NCBI GenBank assembly: GCA_945788625.1
Contig: CALZMQ010000022.1
Coordinates: forward strand, 30,007 to 94,006
Origin: an uncultured Woeseiaceae bacterium
Lineage (GTDB): Bacteria; Pseudomonadota; Gammaproteobacteria; Steroidobacterales; Woeseiaceae
Direction: 5' to 3'
DNA: 64,000 nt
Positions 18,315 through 27,978 of the stretch are shown one piece after another. Both the position numbers and the translations under genes were made by a program. Numbering within the stretch: the stretch's first letter is position 1; each line of letters begins with the position of its first letter. Below the pieces are notes generated by a model that did not search any database, was not told where the DNA came from, and saw only the letters and a program-made list of their open reading frames with translations.

Positions 18315-18734
18315 ATGTTAAACGAATTCAAGAAGTTTGCGATGCGCGGCAATGTCGTCGACATGGCTGTCGGTATCATTATCGGTGCAGCGTTCGGCAA
18401 GATAATCAGTTCTCTGGTCGCCGATGTCATCATGCCGCCCATCGGGCTGTTGATGGGCAAGGTCGATTTCAGCCAGTTGTTCATCAACCTCGGCGAGACG
18501 AAGTACGAGACGCTGGTCCTCGCCAAGGAAGCCGGTGCCGCGACCATCAACTATGGCGTGTTCCTGAACACGGTGCTCAATTTCCTGATCGTCGCTTTCG
18601 CCATTTTCATGGTCATCCGCGGCATGAACAAATTGAAGAAGAAGGAAGAGGAGAAACCGGCAGAGCCGGCAAAGCCGTCGGAAGAGGTTCAACTGCTCAC
18701 GGACATTCGCGACGCACTCAGTAACCGCGCTTAA
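18315..18734 (+). CDS. mscL: Large-conductance mechanosensitive channel
   Basis: [31 protein letters not shown] is the canonical MscL N-terminus. 139 aa. Confidence 0.95.
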   Translation: MLNEFKKFAMRGNVVDMAVGIIIGAAFGKIISSLVADVIMPPIGLLMGKVDFSQLFINLGETKYETLVLAKEAGAATINYGVFLNTVLNFLIVAFAIFMVIRGMNKLKKKEEEKPAEPAKPSEEVQLLTDIRDALSNRA

Positions 18735-18760
18735 CAAAACAGGGTTACGTTACGGAGATG

Positions 18761-18791
18761 TCGGGCGCTCTTCGCGGGGCGCCCGATTTTT
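18761..18791 (+). terminator. Rho-independent terminator after mscL
   Basis: tcgggcgc...gcgcccga stem followed by ttttt. Confidence 0.7.
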
Positions 18792-18830
18792 ACGTTTAGT
18801 GCAGGCGGTATTTGCGGTACCCTCACGCGC

Positions 18831-20864
18831 ATGTCCCGACTCTTGATACTACTGGCGGCAACGCTTGCGCCACACCCCGCTGCGGCCGACGATTCCGAAA
18901 TAGAGGAAGTGCTGGTGACGGCGACGCGCCGTGCGGTCAGCAGTGAAGAGGTATCGTCCGGACTTACGCTTGTCGACCGCGAGCGCGTGCAGGCGAATGA
19001 ACTGGTCACTGATGCGCTGGCCGGCGAGGTCGGCGTTTTTCTTCAGCAAACGACCCCGGGGCAGGGGGCCGCAATCATCCGCGGCCTGAAGGGGTCGGCG
19101 ATATTGCACCTCGTCGATGGGATGCGACTGAATAACGCGATATTCCGCAGCGCGCCGACGCAGTATCTCGCTTTGGTGCCGACGTCGGCCATTGAGCGCA
19201 TCGAAGTGCTACGCGGCACGTCGGCCTCCCTGTACGGCAACGATGCCGTTGGCGGCGTCGTGCAACTGGTCACGCGCGTTCCGAAGTTCGAGTCGCTCGA
19301 GACGGAGCTGCGGGGTGAGGCGCTGCTCGCATTCGACACTGCCGAGCTTGCGAAGACGTTTCGCACCAGCGTCGATTTCGGTAACAGCGAACTGGCCTCG
19401 TCCTTCAGCGCGGAGTACGTCCGGACAGGAAATCGCCGCACGGGTGGCGGTGAGCGCACCGGGCCGGGTGCTTACGAGTCCAGGGCGGCGCGCTACGTGC
19501 TGTCGGCGAATCCGCGGGACGATCGCTCGTGGCTGTTCGACGTTCAGTATCTCACGCAGCCGGAAACGCCACGTATCGACGAACTGGTGGCCGGTTTCGG
19601 GCAGACAGAACCGTCGTCTTCCGAATTCCTGTTTGCACCCAACCGCCGAATTTTCGCCCACGGCAAATACACGGTCACCGGTGGATTTGCAGGGCTCGAC
19701 TGGAACACCGACCTCGCATGGCAACGTATCGATGACGATCGCGTGACGCGCGATACAGGCGCCCCGAATCGGCGCCGCGAAGCGAACAGCAGCGATCTCT
19801 TTGGGCTAACTTTCAGCGGCTCGAGGATCAACGACGACGGCTCGTGGATTGTCGGGGCCGAGGTCTACTACGACAAGGTCAGGAGCGCGCGTATCGACGA
19901 GGACGTCACGACCGGCCTGCAGGTGGGCGTACCGTCGAGGTTTCCCGACGGCGCTACGGTCCGCCAGGCCGCGCTGTACGCGAACGTGTTGAAAGTTGTC
20001 GGTGACCGCCACCGGTTCAGCGGCGGACTTCGCATCAGCAACGACGAGGTCACGTTGCCGACGACGACAGTTTCGGGTGCGGCGACCATCGACGGCACCG
20101 ACCTGAGCGGCGACCTGGGGTGGATATTCGATGCCGGCCGCAATCTGCAACTCGTCGCAAATGCCGGGTTCGGATTCAGGGCACCGAACGTGTTCGACGT
20201 CGGAACGCTCGGAAACCGCCCGGGCAATCGTTTCAATATTCCGAATACGGCGCTCGACGCGGAACGTGTCGTGCAGGCGGATTTCGGTATTCGCCAACAC
20301 TCGGAGCGAGCCAAACTCGAGCTGATGGCGTACGCGTTGCGCTACACGGATCGCATCACGTCGATTGACACGGGTGTCGTAACGCCCGAAGGGCGCGATA
20401 TCGTGCAAAGCGTCAACGCCGCGGAGACGTCGATCCGCGGTGTCGAAGCGGGACTCGAGTATCGCTTCAGCGACACGGTCAATGCGCGGGTGGTCCTCAA
20501 CTACACGTGGGGCGAGCAGATTGTGTCAGGTGCCGACCCCGAGGCGGCCGGGCGTATACCGCCCCTCAACGGCGTGGTCGAAATTTCCTACGATGCTGGC
20601 GAGAAATTCCACATTGAGGGCTGGGTGCGATTCGCGGACGAACAAGATCGGCTCAGCGCGCGGGACGTCAGGGACGTGCGCATCGACCCCGCAGGAACCG
20701 ACGCATGGGCGTCAGTCGGTGCGCGCTTACACTGGCAGGGCGACGGGAACTGGCGGCTTGCCGCAGGTGTCGATAATCTTCTCGACGAACGTTATCGCGT
20801 CCATGGTTCTGGACTCGATGCGCCGGGGCGAAATCTGTCGTTCAGTGTGCACCGCTCGTGGTAG
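18831..20864 (+). CDS. TonB-dependent outer-membrane receptor
   Basis: Signal peptide, TonB box EEVLVTATR, plug domain motifs (IRGLKGS, RIEVLRG) and a C-terminal beta-barrel ending in W. Confidence 0.9.
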   Translation: MSRLLILLAATLAPHPAAADDSEIEEVLVTATRRAVSSEEVSSGLTLVDRERVQANELVTDALAGEVGVFLQQTTPGQGAAIIRGLKGSAILHLVDGMRLNNAIFRSAPTQYLALVPTSAIERIEVLRGTSASLYGNDAVGGVVQLVTRVPKFESLETELRGEALLAFDTAELAKTFRTSVDFGNSELASSFSAEYVRTGNRRTGGGERTGPGAYESRAARYVLSANPRDDRSWLFDVQYLTQPETPRIDELVAGFGQTEPSSSEFLFAPNRRIFAHGKYTVTGGFAGLDWNTDLAWQRIDDDRVTRDTGAPNRRREANSSDLFGLTFSGSRINDDGSWIVGAEVYYDKVRSARIDEDVTTGLQVGVPSRFPDGATVRQAALYANVLKVVGDRHRFSGGLRISNDEVTLPTTTVSGAATIDGTDLSGDLGWIFDAGRNLQLVANAGFGFRAPNVFDVGTLGNRPGNRFNIPNTALDAERVVQADFGIRQHSERAKLELMAYALRYTDRITSIDTGVVTPEGRDIVQSVNAAETSIRGVEAGLEYRFSDTVNARVVLNYTWGEQIVSGADPEAAGRIPPLNGVVEISYDAGEKFHIEGWVRFADEQDRLSARDVRDVRIDPAGTDAWASVGARLHWQGDGNWRLAAGVDNLLDERYRVHGSGLDAPGRNLSFSVHRSW

Positions 20865-20923
20865 GTATTCGCGCCTCTACCGCGTGCTAGACTGGCGGCG
20901 CAAAAAACCACAGGCGGAAATAA

Positions 20924-23071
20924 GTGCTGAAAAAGTTCGTCAGGGAGTTGCGGCGCCGCGAAGTTTTTCGCGCTACCGGACTGTACGTTGGAATTTGCTG
21001 GCTGCTGATCGAGGTCAGTAGCACCGTACTGCCTACCTTCGATGCGCCGGAGTGGATCGTGCGGGCGATAATCATCGTCAGCATCATCGGGTTTCCGGTC
21101 GCTGTCGTGCTGGCCTGGATATACGATTTCACCGATCACGGTATTGTCGTGCAGGCCGACCCTACGGATACCGTCGTGCCGCCGGTCGGCAGCCGCAAGA
21201 TGGACTTCGTCGTCATCGGCATACTGTCGGTGGCCTTAATGGTTTCGGTGTACCTGAACGTCACGGGTCGCCCCGGCGACGTTGCCGAGCCGCAGCAGCC
21301 GGTCTCGGTGCTGATTGCGGATTTCGACAATGCCACCGGTGATCCCGTCTTTGATGGTTCCATCGAACAGGCGCTGCAGATCGGCCTCGAGGGCGCCTCG
21401 TTTATTACGACGTTTCCGCGTGCGTCCGCAGAACGTGCAGCAAGGACTTTGCAGCCGGGGTCGATGGGATTATCTGCGGAACTCGCGAGGCTGGTTTCGG
21501 TGCGCGAAGGCATCAACGTAATGCTGGACGGCGAAATCAGTACCAAAGGCGATGGATACGTACTGGTGATCAGGGCCAGTGACGGCGCCGCGGGTGAAGA
21601 GCTTGTCAACGCAAGCGCCGATGTCGACAGCAAACTGGATGTGCTGTCTGCCGTTAACAGGTTGACCGGCGAAATCCGTGAAGCCCTGGGTGACGAGAGC
21701 GTCGATGGTCGTGTCATGGAGACGTTCACCGCGCACTCGATCGAGGCTATGCAGGACTACACGACCGCACAACAGCTGGTGTTGGCGGGCAAGCGCGATG
21801 AAGCCGTGGCCTACTATGCGAGCGCCGTCGAGCAAGACCCGGATTTCGGCCGCGCGCTGTCGGGTTGGGCGTTGACGCTCTTCAACCTGGGGCGCACGGA
21901 AGAGGCGAACGCCTTGTGGGAGCGGGCGCTGTCGAAGATGGACACGATGACGGCGCGCGAACGCTACCGGACGCTTGGCTTGTACTACATGAGGGTAACC
22001 GGCAACTACGAGAAAGCCATCGAGAATTACCAGGCGCTGGTCGACGCATATCCCGCCGATAATTCAGCACACAACAACCTGGCGGTCGCGTATTTTGCGA
22101 CGCTAAATTTTGACAAAGCGCGCGATCACGGCCGCCAGGCGCTGGAGGTATATCCGAATAACGTAATCATGCGGTCGAACTACGCGTTGTTCGCCATGTA
22201 CGCCGGAGATTTCGCGACCGCTACGGCCGAAGCAGAACAAACCCTGGCCCTCGAAGAAAACCGCCATGTCGCGTGGTTGCCGATCGCTATGGCGAACGCC
22301 GCTGAAGGGGACCTCGGGGGCGCCCAGGCCGCTTTCGACAGCATGATGACGCTCGGTGACGGAGGTCGTTCGCTGGCCAACCTGGGAAGCGCGGATCTGC
22401 AGATAGTGCGCGGTGACTACGTGGCTGCAATCGAGACGCTGCGGGCCGGCATTGCGCATGACGAAGAAACCGGCAATGCACGAACACGCGCTACCAAGGA
22501 GGTCATGCTCGCGGACGCTCTTGCAGCAGGCGGCGCGTCAAAAAGCGCGACGGAAGCGCTGGCGCCCGCGATCGAAGCGGGCGGGCTCGGCCGGCTGGTG
22601 CCGGCCGCACTGATCAGTATTCAGATCGGCGACACGGAAACGGCCTCCGCCATTGCCGAGTCGCTTGGCCAGAAGCTGCAATCCCAGAGTCGGGCATACA
22701 GTCTCATGATCGCAGGTATCCTGGAACTCGAGGCCGGCAAGCAGGTTCCCGCTATCGACAAGCTCCGGGCTGCCATAGAGATGTCGGACCTGTGGCTGAT
22801 CCGCTTCCATCTCGGCAGGGCCTACCTGGAAGCTGGCTTTGCGGCCGAGGCGGTGGGGGAGTTCCAGATCTGTCAGGACCGCATCGGAGAGGCCACGGCG
22901 ATGTTTCTCGATGACCGCCCGACCTGGCGTTACACCGCGACCTTATCCTACTGGTCCGGGCGGGCCGAAGAAGGACTCGGCATGGCTCATTCGGCCAGGG
23001 AGAAGTACCGACTGTTCCTGCAAACGCGGCCAAACGGCCCTTTGGCAGACGATGCCAAAGGGCGCTTGTAA
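20924..23071 (+). CDS. Membrane-anchored TPR-repeat protein
   Basis: N-terminal FVRELRRREVFRATGLYVGICWLLIEV anchor and multiple TPR units in the C-terminal half. GTG start. Confidence 0.75.
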   Translation: MLKKFVRELRRREVFRATGLYVGICWLLIEVSSTVLPTFDAPEWIVRAIIIVSIIGFPVAVVLAWIYDFTDHGIVVQADPTDTVVPPVGSRKMDFVVIGILSVALMVSVYLNVTGRPGDVAEPQQPVSVLIADFDNATGDPVFDGSIEQALQIGLEGASFITTFPRASAERAARTLQPGSMGLSAELARLVSVREGINVMLDGEISTKGDGYVLVIRASDGAAGEELVNASADVDSKLDVLSAVNRLTGEIREALGDESVDGRVMETFTAHSIEAMQDYTTAQQLVLAGKRDEAVAYYASAVEQDPDFGRALSGWALTLFNLGRTEEANALWERALSKMDTMTARERYRTLGLYYMRVTGNYEKAIENYQALVDAYPADNSAHNNLAVAYFATLNFDKARDHGRQALEVYPNNVIMRSNYALFAMYAGDFATATAEAEQTLALEENRHVAWLPIAMANAAEGDLGGAQAAFDSMMTLGDGGRSLANLGSADLQIVRGDYVAAIETLRAGIAHDEETGNARTRATKEVMLADALAAGGASKSATEALAPAIEAGGLGRLVPAALISIQIGDTETASAIAESLGQKLQSQSRAYSLMIAGILELEAGKQVPAIDKLRAAIEMSDLWLIRFHLGRAYLEAGFAAEAVGEFQICQDRIGEATAMFLDDRPTWRYTATLSYWSGRAEEGLGMAHSAREKYRLFLQTRPNGPLADDAKGRL

Positions 23072-23079
23072 CGACTGCC

Positions 23080-26000
23080 TTAGCGAAGCCGGATCGGCGG
23101 CGACTCGAGGAACTGGCCGGTAATCGAACTCGTCACGCGGGCACAATACGTGCCTTTCGGCAACGGGTTACCGGCGCCATCGTCGGACTGCCAGTTGAAT
23201 TCCCAGGTATTATCGGACTTGACGCGGAAGCCGCTGCTGCCGGGGTCGCCGGCCATCGACAGCACTGTCGATCCATTGCCACAAGAGCGAATCTCCAGCA
23301 ATTGCTGGTCGTCGGAACTGTCGATGATAGCGCCGTTGGAGTCCAGCCAGCCCCAGGTCAGCGGGTTGCTGCTGCCCGCTTTGCTGTTGAGCTTCGTCGG
23401 TGTGATACCGACGCCGCCGGCGTAACCGACGCGCACTTCGAAGCTGGCGGTGCTGGCGTTGCCCGCGCTATCGGTCGCCGTGCAATCGACAGTTGTAGCG
23501 CCCGGCGGGAACAGGGTCCCGGATGCCGGCGTGCAGAGGAGATTCGGCGAAGGATCGATGTTGTCACTGACCGTGACATCGGAGCTGTAGTCGACGATCG
23601 CTCCTGACGTGTTTTGCAGGTCCGCGTCAAGGCCGCCGACCGGCACGTTGATCACCGGCGGCACAGTGTCCGTTACGGTAACCACGAAGCTCGCCGTCGC
23701 CGTGTTCCCCGAGTTGTCGGTTGCGGTGCACGTTACGCTCGTATCGCCTATCGCAAAGACCGTGCCCGAGGGTGGCAGGCAACTCACCGAAGGTGTGATA
23801 CCGCTGGTGTCCGAGGCCGCCGGCAACGCATAGCTCACAGTAGCGCCATTGATGCCCGTAGCAGGAACCGTCACGTCCGGCAGCGGCAAATCGATGAACT
23901 GTGGTGCGGTGACGTCATTGACCTGCACGACGTAACTTTGCGTCGTCATGTTGCCGGACGCGTCCGACACCGTGCAGTCGATCGTCGTTGCGCCGATTGG
24001 CAGCGGTTCACCCGAAATCTGCCCCGATTCCGCGGTGCAGCTAATCACAGGCGTCGGGTCGACATCGTCGACGTCGGCCGCCGCAAGTCCGCTCTCGAAA
24101 TCGAGACTGGCCGTACCGCTGACGGCATCCGCATCGACGTTGACCGGCTGTGACGGGAAACTCGTAAACAGCGGCGCCTGGTTGTCCCGTACGTCGACCA
24201 GTAAGTTGATCGTCGCGGTATTGCCCGCGTCATCCGTAGCGCTGCACATGATCGGGGCCGGGTTAGGGTTGGCAAGCGTAATGACGGGAATCGACTGGCC
24301 GGGTTCCATGCTCGTACAAATCGTTTCGCCGAGGCTGTCGGTACAGCTCACCGCGACAGGTTCGCCGTTGTCGCTGGCGCTCACGATACCCGCGCCGACC
24401 AGGTCCACGCAGGCGCCGCCGGGACGATTCGCCTCGATGGCCGGAACCGGAATCACGTCGCCGTCCGTCAGGCCGCCGAACTCGGGAGGCGCGGTGTCCA
24501 GCAGGATGCGCTCACGTTCATCGGCGAGATCCAGCTGGCAGAAGTAAGGATCGGTATTGCCCGGCGGCCTGTCCGTCTGGCTGCAGTTGGCGGCTTGCGA
24601 TGCCGACGTGAATCCACTGACCTGGATATTGTCGAGTTCTTCCTGCGTCCCGAACACACGACGTGTGAAGAACAGCGTCTGGCCAGGGACCGCGATCGCG
24701 CTGATTTCGCCGTCGAAAGGAGATTCGATCGTCGCAACGTCCAGCGCGTCGTCTGGATTGTCGACCATGGCAAGTACGCGCCGCTCGACCTGGGGCAGAT
24801 AATCGCAGTCGCGCGATGTCGGCGTGATGTACAGCGTCCATGCCACCAATTGCGAATCGACGTCGTCTGCTGCGGGACCGGAGAGAGCGATGTCCGCGTC
24901 GAACGACGTCGTGACATTGCCCGTGTTCCTGACGGCAAACGTGTAGTCGGTCCAGGTGACGCCTTCGCCTTCGGCAATGGTCGAGTTGATGAGTTCCGGA
25001 TTGATGAGTTCGGGGTTGATGAGTTCCGGATTGATCAACTCGGGATTGATGAGCTCGGGATTGATCAGTTCGGGGTTGATCAACTCCGGGTTGGCGAAGC
25101 CGAGATTGATGAGTTCCGGATTGATGAGTTCCGGATTGATCAGCTCGGGATTGATGAGTTCGGGGTTTATGAGCTCGGGATTGATGAGTTCGGGATTGAT
25201 CAATTCGGGGTTGATCAACTCCGGGTTGATGAGTTCGGGATTGTGCAGTTCGGCTTGCAGGACGTCATCCGTGCAGTCCGGATCGGCCGCGTCGCAGACG
25301 GGACTCTGGTAATTCGGCTGCTGCAGCACACCGGACGGACCCATGCCGCCCAGCGTGATGCTCGTCACGATGGGACAGGCGCCCAGGTAGTAATCGGCCG
25401 GGTTCGAATCGACGCAAGATTGCGTGAATACCTGCACGCCGGTCGTGGCATCGGGCAGATTGGAAACCAGGAATACCGTGCGTGCGAGCGCCGACTTCGC
25501 CGGCACGACCAGGTCTTCCGTTACGACCGGCGCGGGTATGTCGGGGCCGTCGAATGGCGGCACCGCCGGCAGCTGCCGGAACGACGCGCGGCCCAGCAAC
25601 GGGGCGTCGGCGGGCTGCCCGGTTATACGCATACGGTAGGCTTGTTCGACGTTGTTGGCGTTGCTCAGCGCGATTGGTATTGCACGTTGCAGATTCGTAA
25701 GTGGTTTGCTCGGTGTCGGTGCGGTCAGGCGCACCTGGTCCCGTATACGGGCGCCGTAGATATTCGCGTTGCGGGTGCGGTCCTGCGGGTCCAGCGGCGC
25801 ACACACGTCGGGCATGGGATCGAACGGATCTTCGATGCCTTCGGTCGTTCGAGTCGTGCCATCGAGTTCGGCGGGCGGCCCGCCGGCATCTGCCAGCATG
25901 GGTTTCTCGGGCCGTTCATGCGGTGGCAGCAATTTCGAAGGGACGGTTCTGCTTCCGGGTCCCGGCGTGTTCTCCGGAGGTGAGTAGGGGACTGTGTTTT

Positions 26001-27768
26001 CGAGGGTCGTGGGATCGAAAATATTGCCGCGCACGTCACGATTGTCCGCCCAGGCGATGAAGAAGTCCGTGTTGTCGGCGGCAGCGCTCGATATCGGTGT
26101 CGCGTTGCTGATGACCTTGCCGTTCGTGTCGTAACGGAATTCCTGCGCGGCGACAGCGAGGTAATCGCCCAGGAACGAAAGGCTGCCGGAGGCATAGAGT
26201 TTCGCATTGCCGAAGGACGCTTCTCCCTCGATAGCAATGCTCCCGGCCGTCGTTCCTCCACCACCCGTATTCTCGACGCGTGCGCCAATACGGAACTGCG
26301 ATACGCGCACCGCCGGCGAAATCTCGACGTTGTTGCCGGTCGAATCGGAAATCACCCGGGCCGTGTAGACGTCGACACGGCGATTGATCTGCGCGCTCGA
26401 ACCCGGGTCGAAATAATCGGCAATCACCGGAGGACCGCCGGCGATTCCCTCGCGCCGTGTGTCGTACCAGGCGATCTGTACCTTGCCATTGGCACCGAAT
26501 GCCGCCGGCATGAACTGGAAGCTGCCACCCGCATCCTCGGTGGTCATCGGGTTGCCGTCGTCGGAGTCGTCGATTGCAATAACGGCGGCAGCGTCGAGAT
26601 TGGCGGCGGACGTCGAGTGCTTCATTACGATGCGTGGGCGGCCGAGTGTGCAGTCGCTGGCGCCATCCCAGTTACGGTCCGAATAGAAGACGTAGAAATT
26701 CTTGCCGTCGTTGGCGGCCCAGGGGAAGTCATTGGTCCTGAAGGTCACCGCCGTCGGCGTCGATGCGCTGATCTGGTCGAAACTGCAGATGTCGGCGAGC
26801 ACGGCGCCCTTGGTCCATTTCTTGCCGCGATTCGTCGTGTAGGCGTACATGATCGAATCGAAATCGTTGTTGTCGCCGGCGCGGCGCCAGACGGCGAGGA
26901 CGGTATCGTCCATGGCGGTCATCGAGATGCCGGATACGAGATTCTGGTCTTCCGACAGCTTGACGACCTGGTTTTGCCAGGTCTGGCCCCAATCGTCGGA
27001 ATCCTTCACGAGGACCTTGACGCTCTGGTTGTTGTTGCCGCCCTGGTTGCCCGTGAAAACGGCGAAAGCGGCGAACAGTTTGCCGGTCGGGAAATCGCGC
27101 GTGATGGTGCCGAGAGCCTCGTTCTCCATGAGCGTGGACAGCGTGATCGTGCCCTGCTGCTGTGACTTGTCCAAAAGGGCGACGATGTCGGGCTTGTCGA
27201 TGAATCGTCCGCTCGTGCCGAGGTCGGCGATCACCGTGTCACGGCCGGGCTCGTAGAAGTCAGCATCTTCCTTGTTGACTTCGAGCCAGTGCTGGATGGC
27301 GAGGACACCGCTGTCCTGGTCCCTGTCACCGCCGATGAAATTGAATATCGCCATTCCGGGCAGCGCGATCATTCGCGGGTCGGCCGCGAACTCCGTGCCG
27401 ATCGGGGACGGGTGCAGCGCGTGCCCGGGCGCGATGCGGCTGGTCCAGGTCGTGCCCGCGTCACAGCTCATGGCGACGCCCTGCCAGGCGTCTGCGATTT
27501 CCGGAACGTCGACCGTGCGGTAATCGTTGAACGCGCAAATGATGCATGCCGAGTCGCCGGGTCGCCATGCGCAGGCCGGTTCGTTCTGTTGTTTGAGCCC
27601 GTCGTCGCGGATGTCGTCCGGATCCGGTGTCGGGCCGACGACATTGACGTTGGCCCCGGGGTCGCCCGGGTTAACCTCGGACAATGCCGGTTGGGGGGCA
27701 AACATCAGGTACGCAGCTGCGGCCGTAAAGATGAATGAAATGCGACGATTTGCGCACGGATTCTGCAT
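23080..27768 (-). CDS. 1562-aa secreted/surface protein: BNR (sialidase-like) propeller, NPELI repeat array, several HYR/Ig-like domains
   Basis: Signal peptide, then Asp-boxes SCDAGTTW and SDDWGQTW. HYR-like units (e.g. ATVSYALPAASD...VSCLPPSGTVFAIGDTSVTCTATDNSGNTATASFVVTV) occur at least three times. Its own AT-rich upstream region lies at 27769-27978. Confidence 0.85.
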   Translation of the reverse strand: MQNPCANRRISFIFTAAAAYLMFAPQPALSEVNPGDPGANVNVVGPTPDPDDIRDDGLKQQNEPACAWRPGDSACIICAFNDYRTVDVPEIADAWQGVAMSCDAGTTWTSRIAPGHALHPSPIGTEFAADPRMIALPGMAIFNFIGGDRDQDSGVLAIQHWLEVNKEDADFYEPGRDTVIADLGTSGRFIDKPDIVALLDKSQQQGTITLSTLMENEALGTITRDFPTGKLFAAFAVFTGNQGGNNNQSVKVLVKDSDDWGQTWQNQVVKLSEDQNLVSGISMTAMDDTVLAVWRRAGDNNDFDSIMYAYTTNRGKKWTKGAVLADICSFDQISASTPTAVTFRTNDFPWAANDGKNFYVFYSDRNWDGASDCTLGRPRIVMKHSTSAANLDAAAVIAIDDSDDGNPMTTEDAGGSFQFMPAAFGANGKVQIAWYDTRREGIAGGPPVIADYFDPGSSAQINRRVDVYTARVISDSTGNNVEISPAVRVSQFRIGARVENTGGGGTTAGSIAIEGEASFGNAKLYASGSLSFLGDYLAVAAQEFRYDTNGKVISNATPISSAAADNTDFFIAWADNRDVRGNIFDPTTLENTVPYSPPENTPGPGSRTVPSKLLPPHERPEKPMLADAGGPPAELDGTTRTTEGIEDPFDPMPDVCAPLDPQDRTRNANIYGARIRDQVRLTAPTPSKPLTNLQRAIPIALSNANNVEQAYRMRITGQPADAPLLGRASFRQLPAVPPFDGPDIPAPVVTEDLVVPAKSALARTVFLVSNLPDATTGVQVFTQSCVDSNPADYYLGACPIVTSITLGGMGPSGVLQQPNYQSPVCDAADPDCTDDVLQAELHNPELINPELINPELINPELINPELINPELINPELINPELINPELINLGFANPELINPELINPELINPELINPELINPELINPELINSTIAEGEGVTWTDYTFAVRNTGNVTTSFDADIALSGPAADDVDSQLVAWTLYITPTSRDCDYLPQVERRVLAMVDNPDDALDVATIESPFDGEISAIAVPGQTLFFTRRVFGTQEELDNIQVSGFTSASQAANCSQTDRPPGNTDPYFCQLDLADERERILLDTAPPEFGGLTDGDVIPVPAIEANRPGGACVDLVGAGIVSASDNGEPVAVSCTDSLGETICTSMEPGQSIPVITLANPNPAPIMCSATDDAGNTATINLLVDVRDNQAPLFTSFPSQPVNVDADAVSGTASLDFESGLAAADVDDVDPTPVISCTAESGQISGEPLPIGATTIDCTVSDASGNMTTQSYVVQVNDVTAPQFIDLPLPDVTVPATGINGATVSYALPAASDTSGITPSVSCLPPSGTVFAIGDTSVTCTATDNSGNTATASFVVTVTDTVPPVINVPVGGLDADLQNTSGAIVDYSSDVTVSDNIDPSPNLLCTPASGTLFPPGATTVDCTATDSAGNASTASFEVRVGYAGGVGITPTKLNSKAGSSNPLTWGWLDSNGAIIDSSDDQQLLEIRSCGNGSTVLSMAGDPGSSGFRVKSDNTWEFNWQSDDGAGNPLPKGTYCARVTSSITGQFLESPPIRLR
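24985..25242 (-). repeat. Coding tandem array of 16 NPELI pentapeptides (15-nt units) with one degenerate unit (NLGFA)
   Basis: Read directly: 9 units, then NLGFA, then 7 units. The DNA units differ at synonymous positions (gagttccggattgat, gagttcggggttgat, caactcgggattgat and others). Confidence 0.95.
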
Positions 27769-27978
27769 TGACGATCCCCCCCATAGGGACGAGGCTTGCC
27801 GAGAAATTCGCGGACCTCTGATTCTTATTATTGCGGACTTTTGTTTTGTTTCTGGTGCCGCTTATTTATTGATTCGTCGAAAGATTATAGAACACACGAG
27901 CACCGCGTATTATAGTTTCTGCGCTATCGGCTTATGTAAAGCTTTGGGGCGTTGCGCAACGAAACCGCAGAACTCCGT

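Noticed and set aside
24985-25242. Short regular repeat array that could be mistaken for a CRISPR or VNTR locus
   Set aside because: The units are 15 nt with no spacers, lie inside a long ORF and translate to a perfect pentapeptide repeat. This is a coding tandem repeat, not a CRISPR array.
24595-25983. 462-aa plus-strand ORF; similar long antisense ORFs occur at 34066-35301, 45190-46425, 16375-17457, 55456-56460, 48127-49143 and 1407-2426
   Set aside because: Each lies fully antisense to, or out of frame within, a gene with clear family motifs. Translations are Arg/Gly/Ala/Pro-rich, low-complexity sequence typical of shadow ORFs in high-GC DNA. None has a recognisable motif.
27930-27960. 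Palindrome cgttgcgcaacg downstream of the secretin gene as a terminator
   Set aside because: The 12-bp palindrome leaves no loop and has no U tract. It is at chance level and insufficient to call a terminator.
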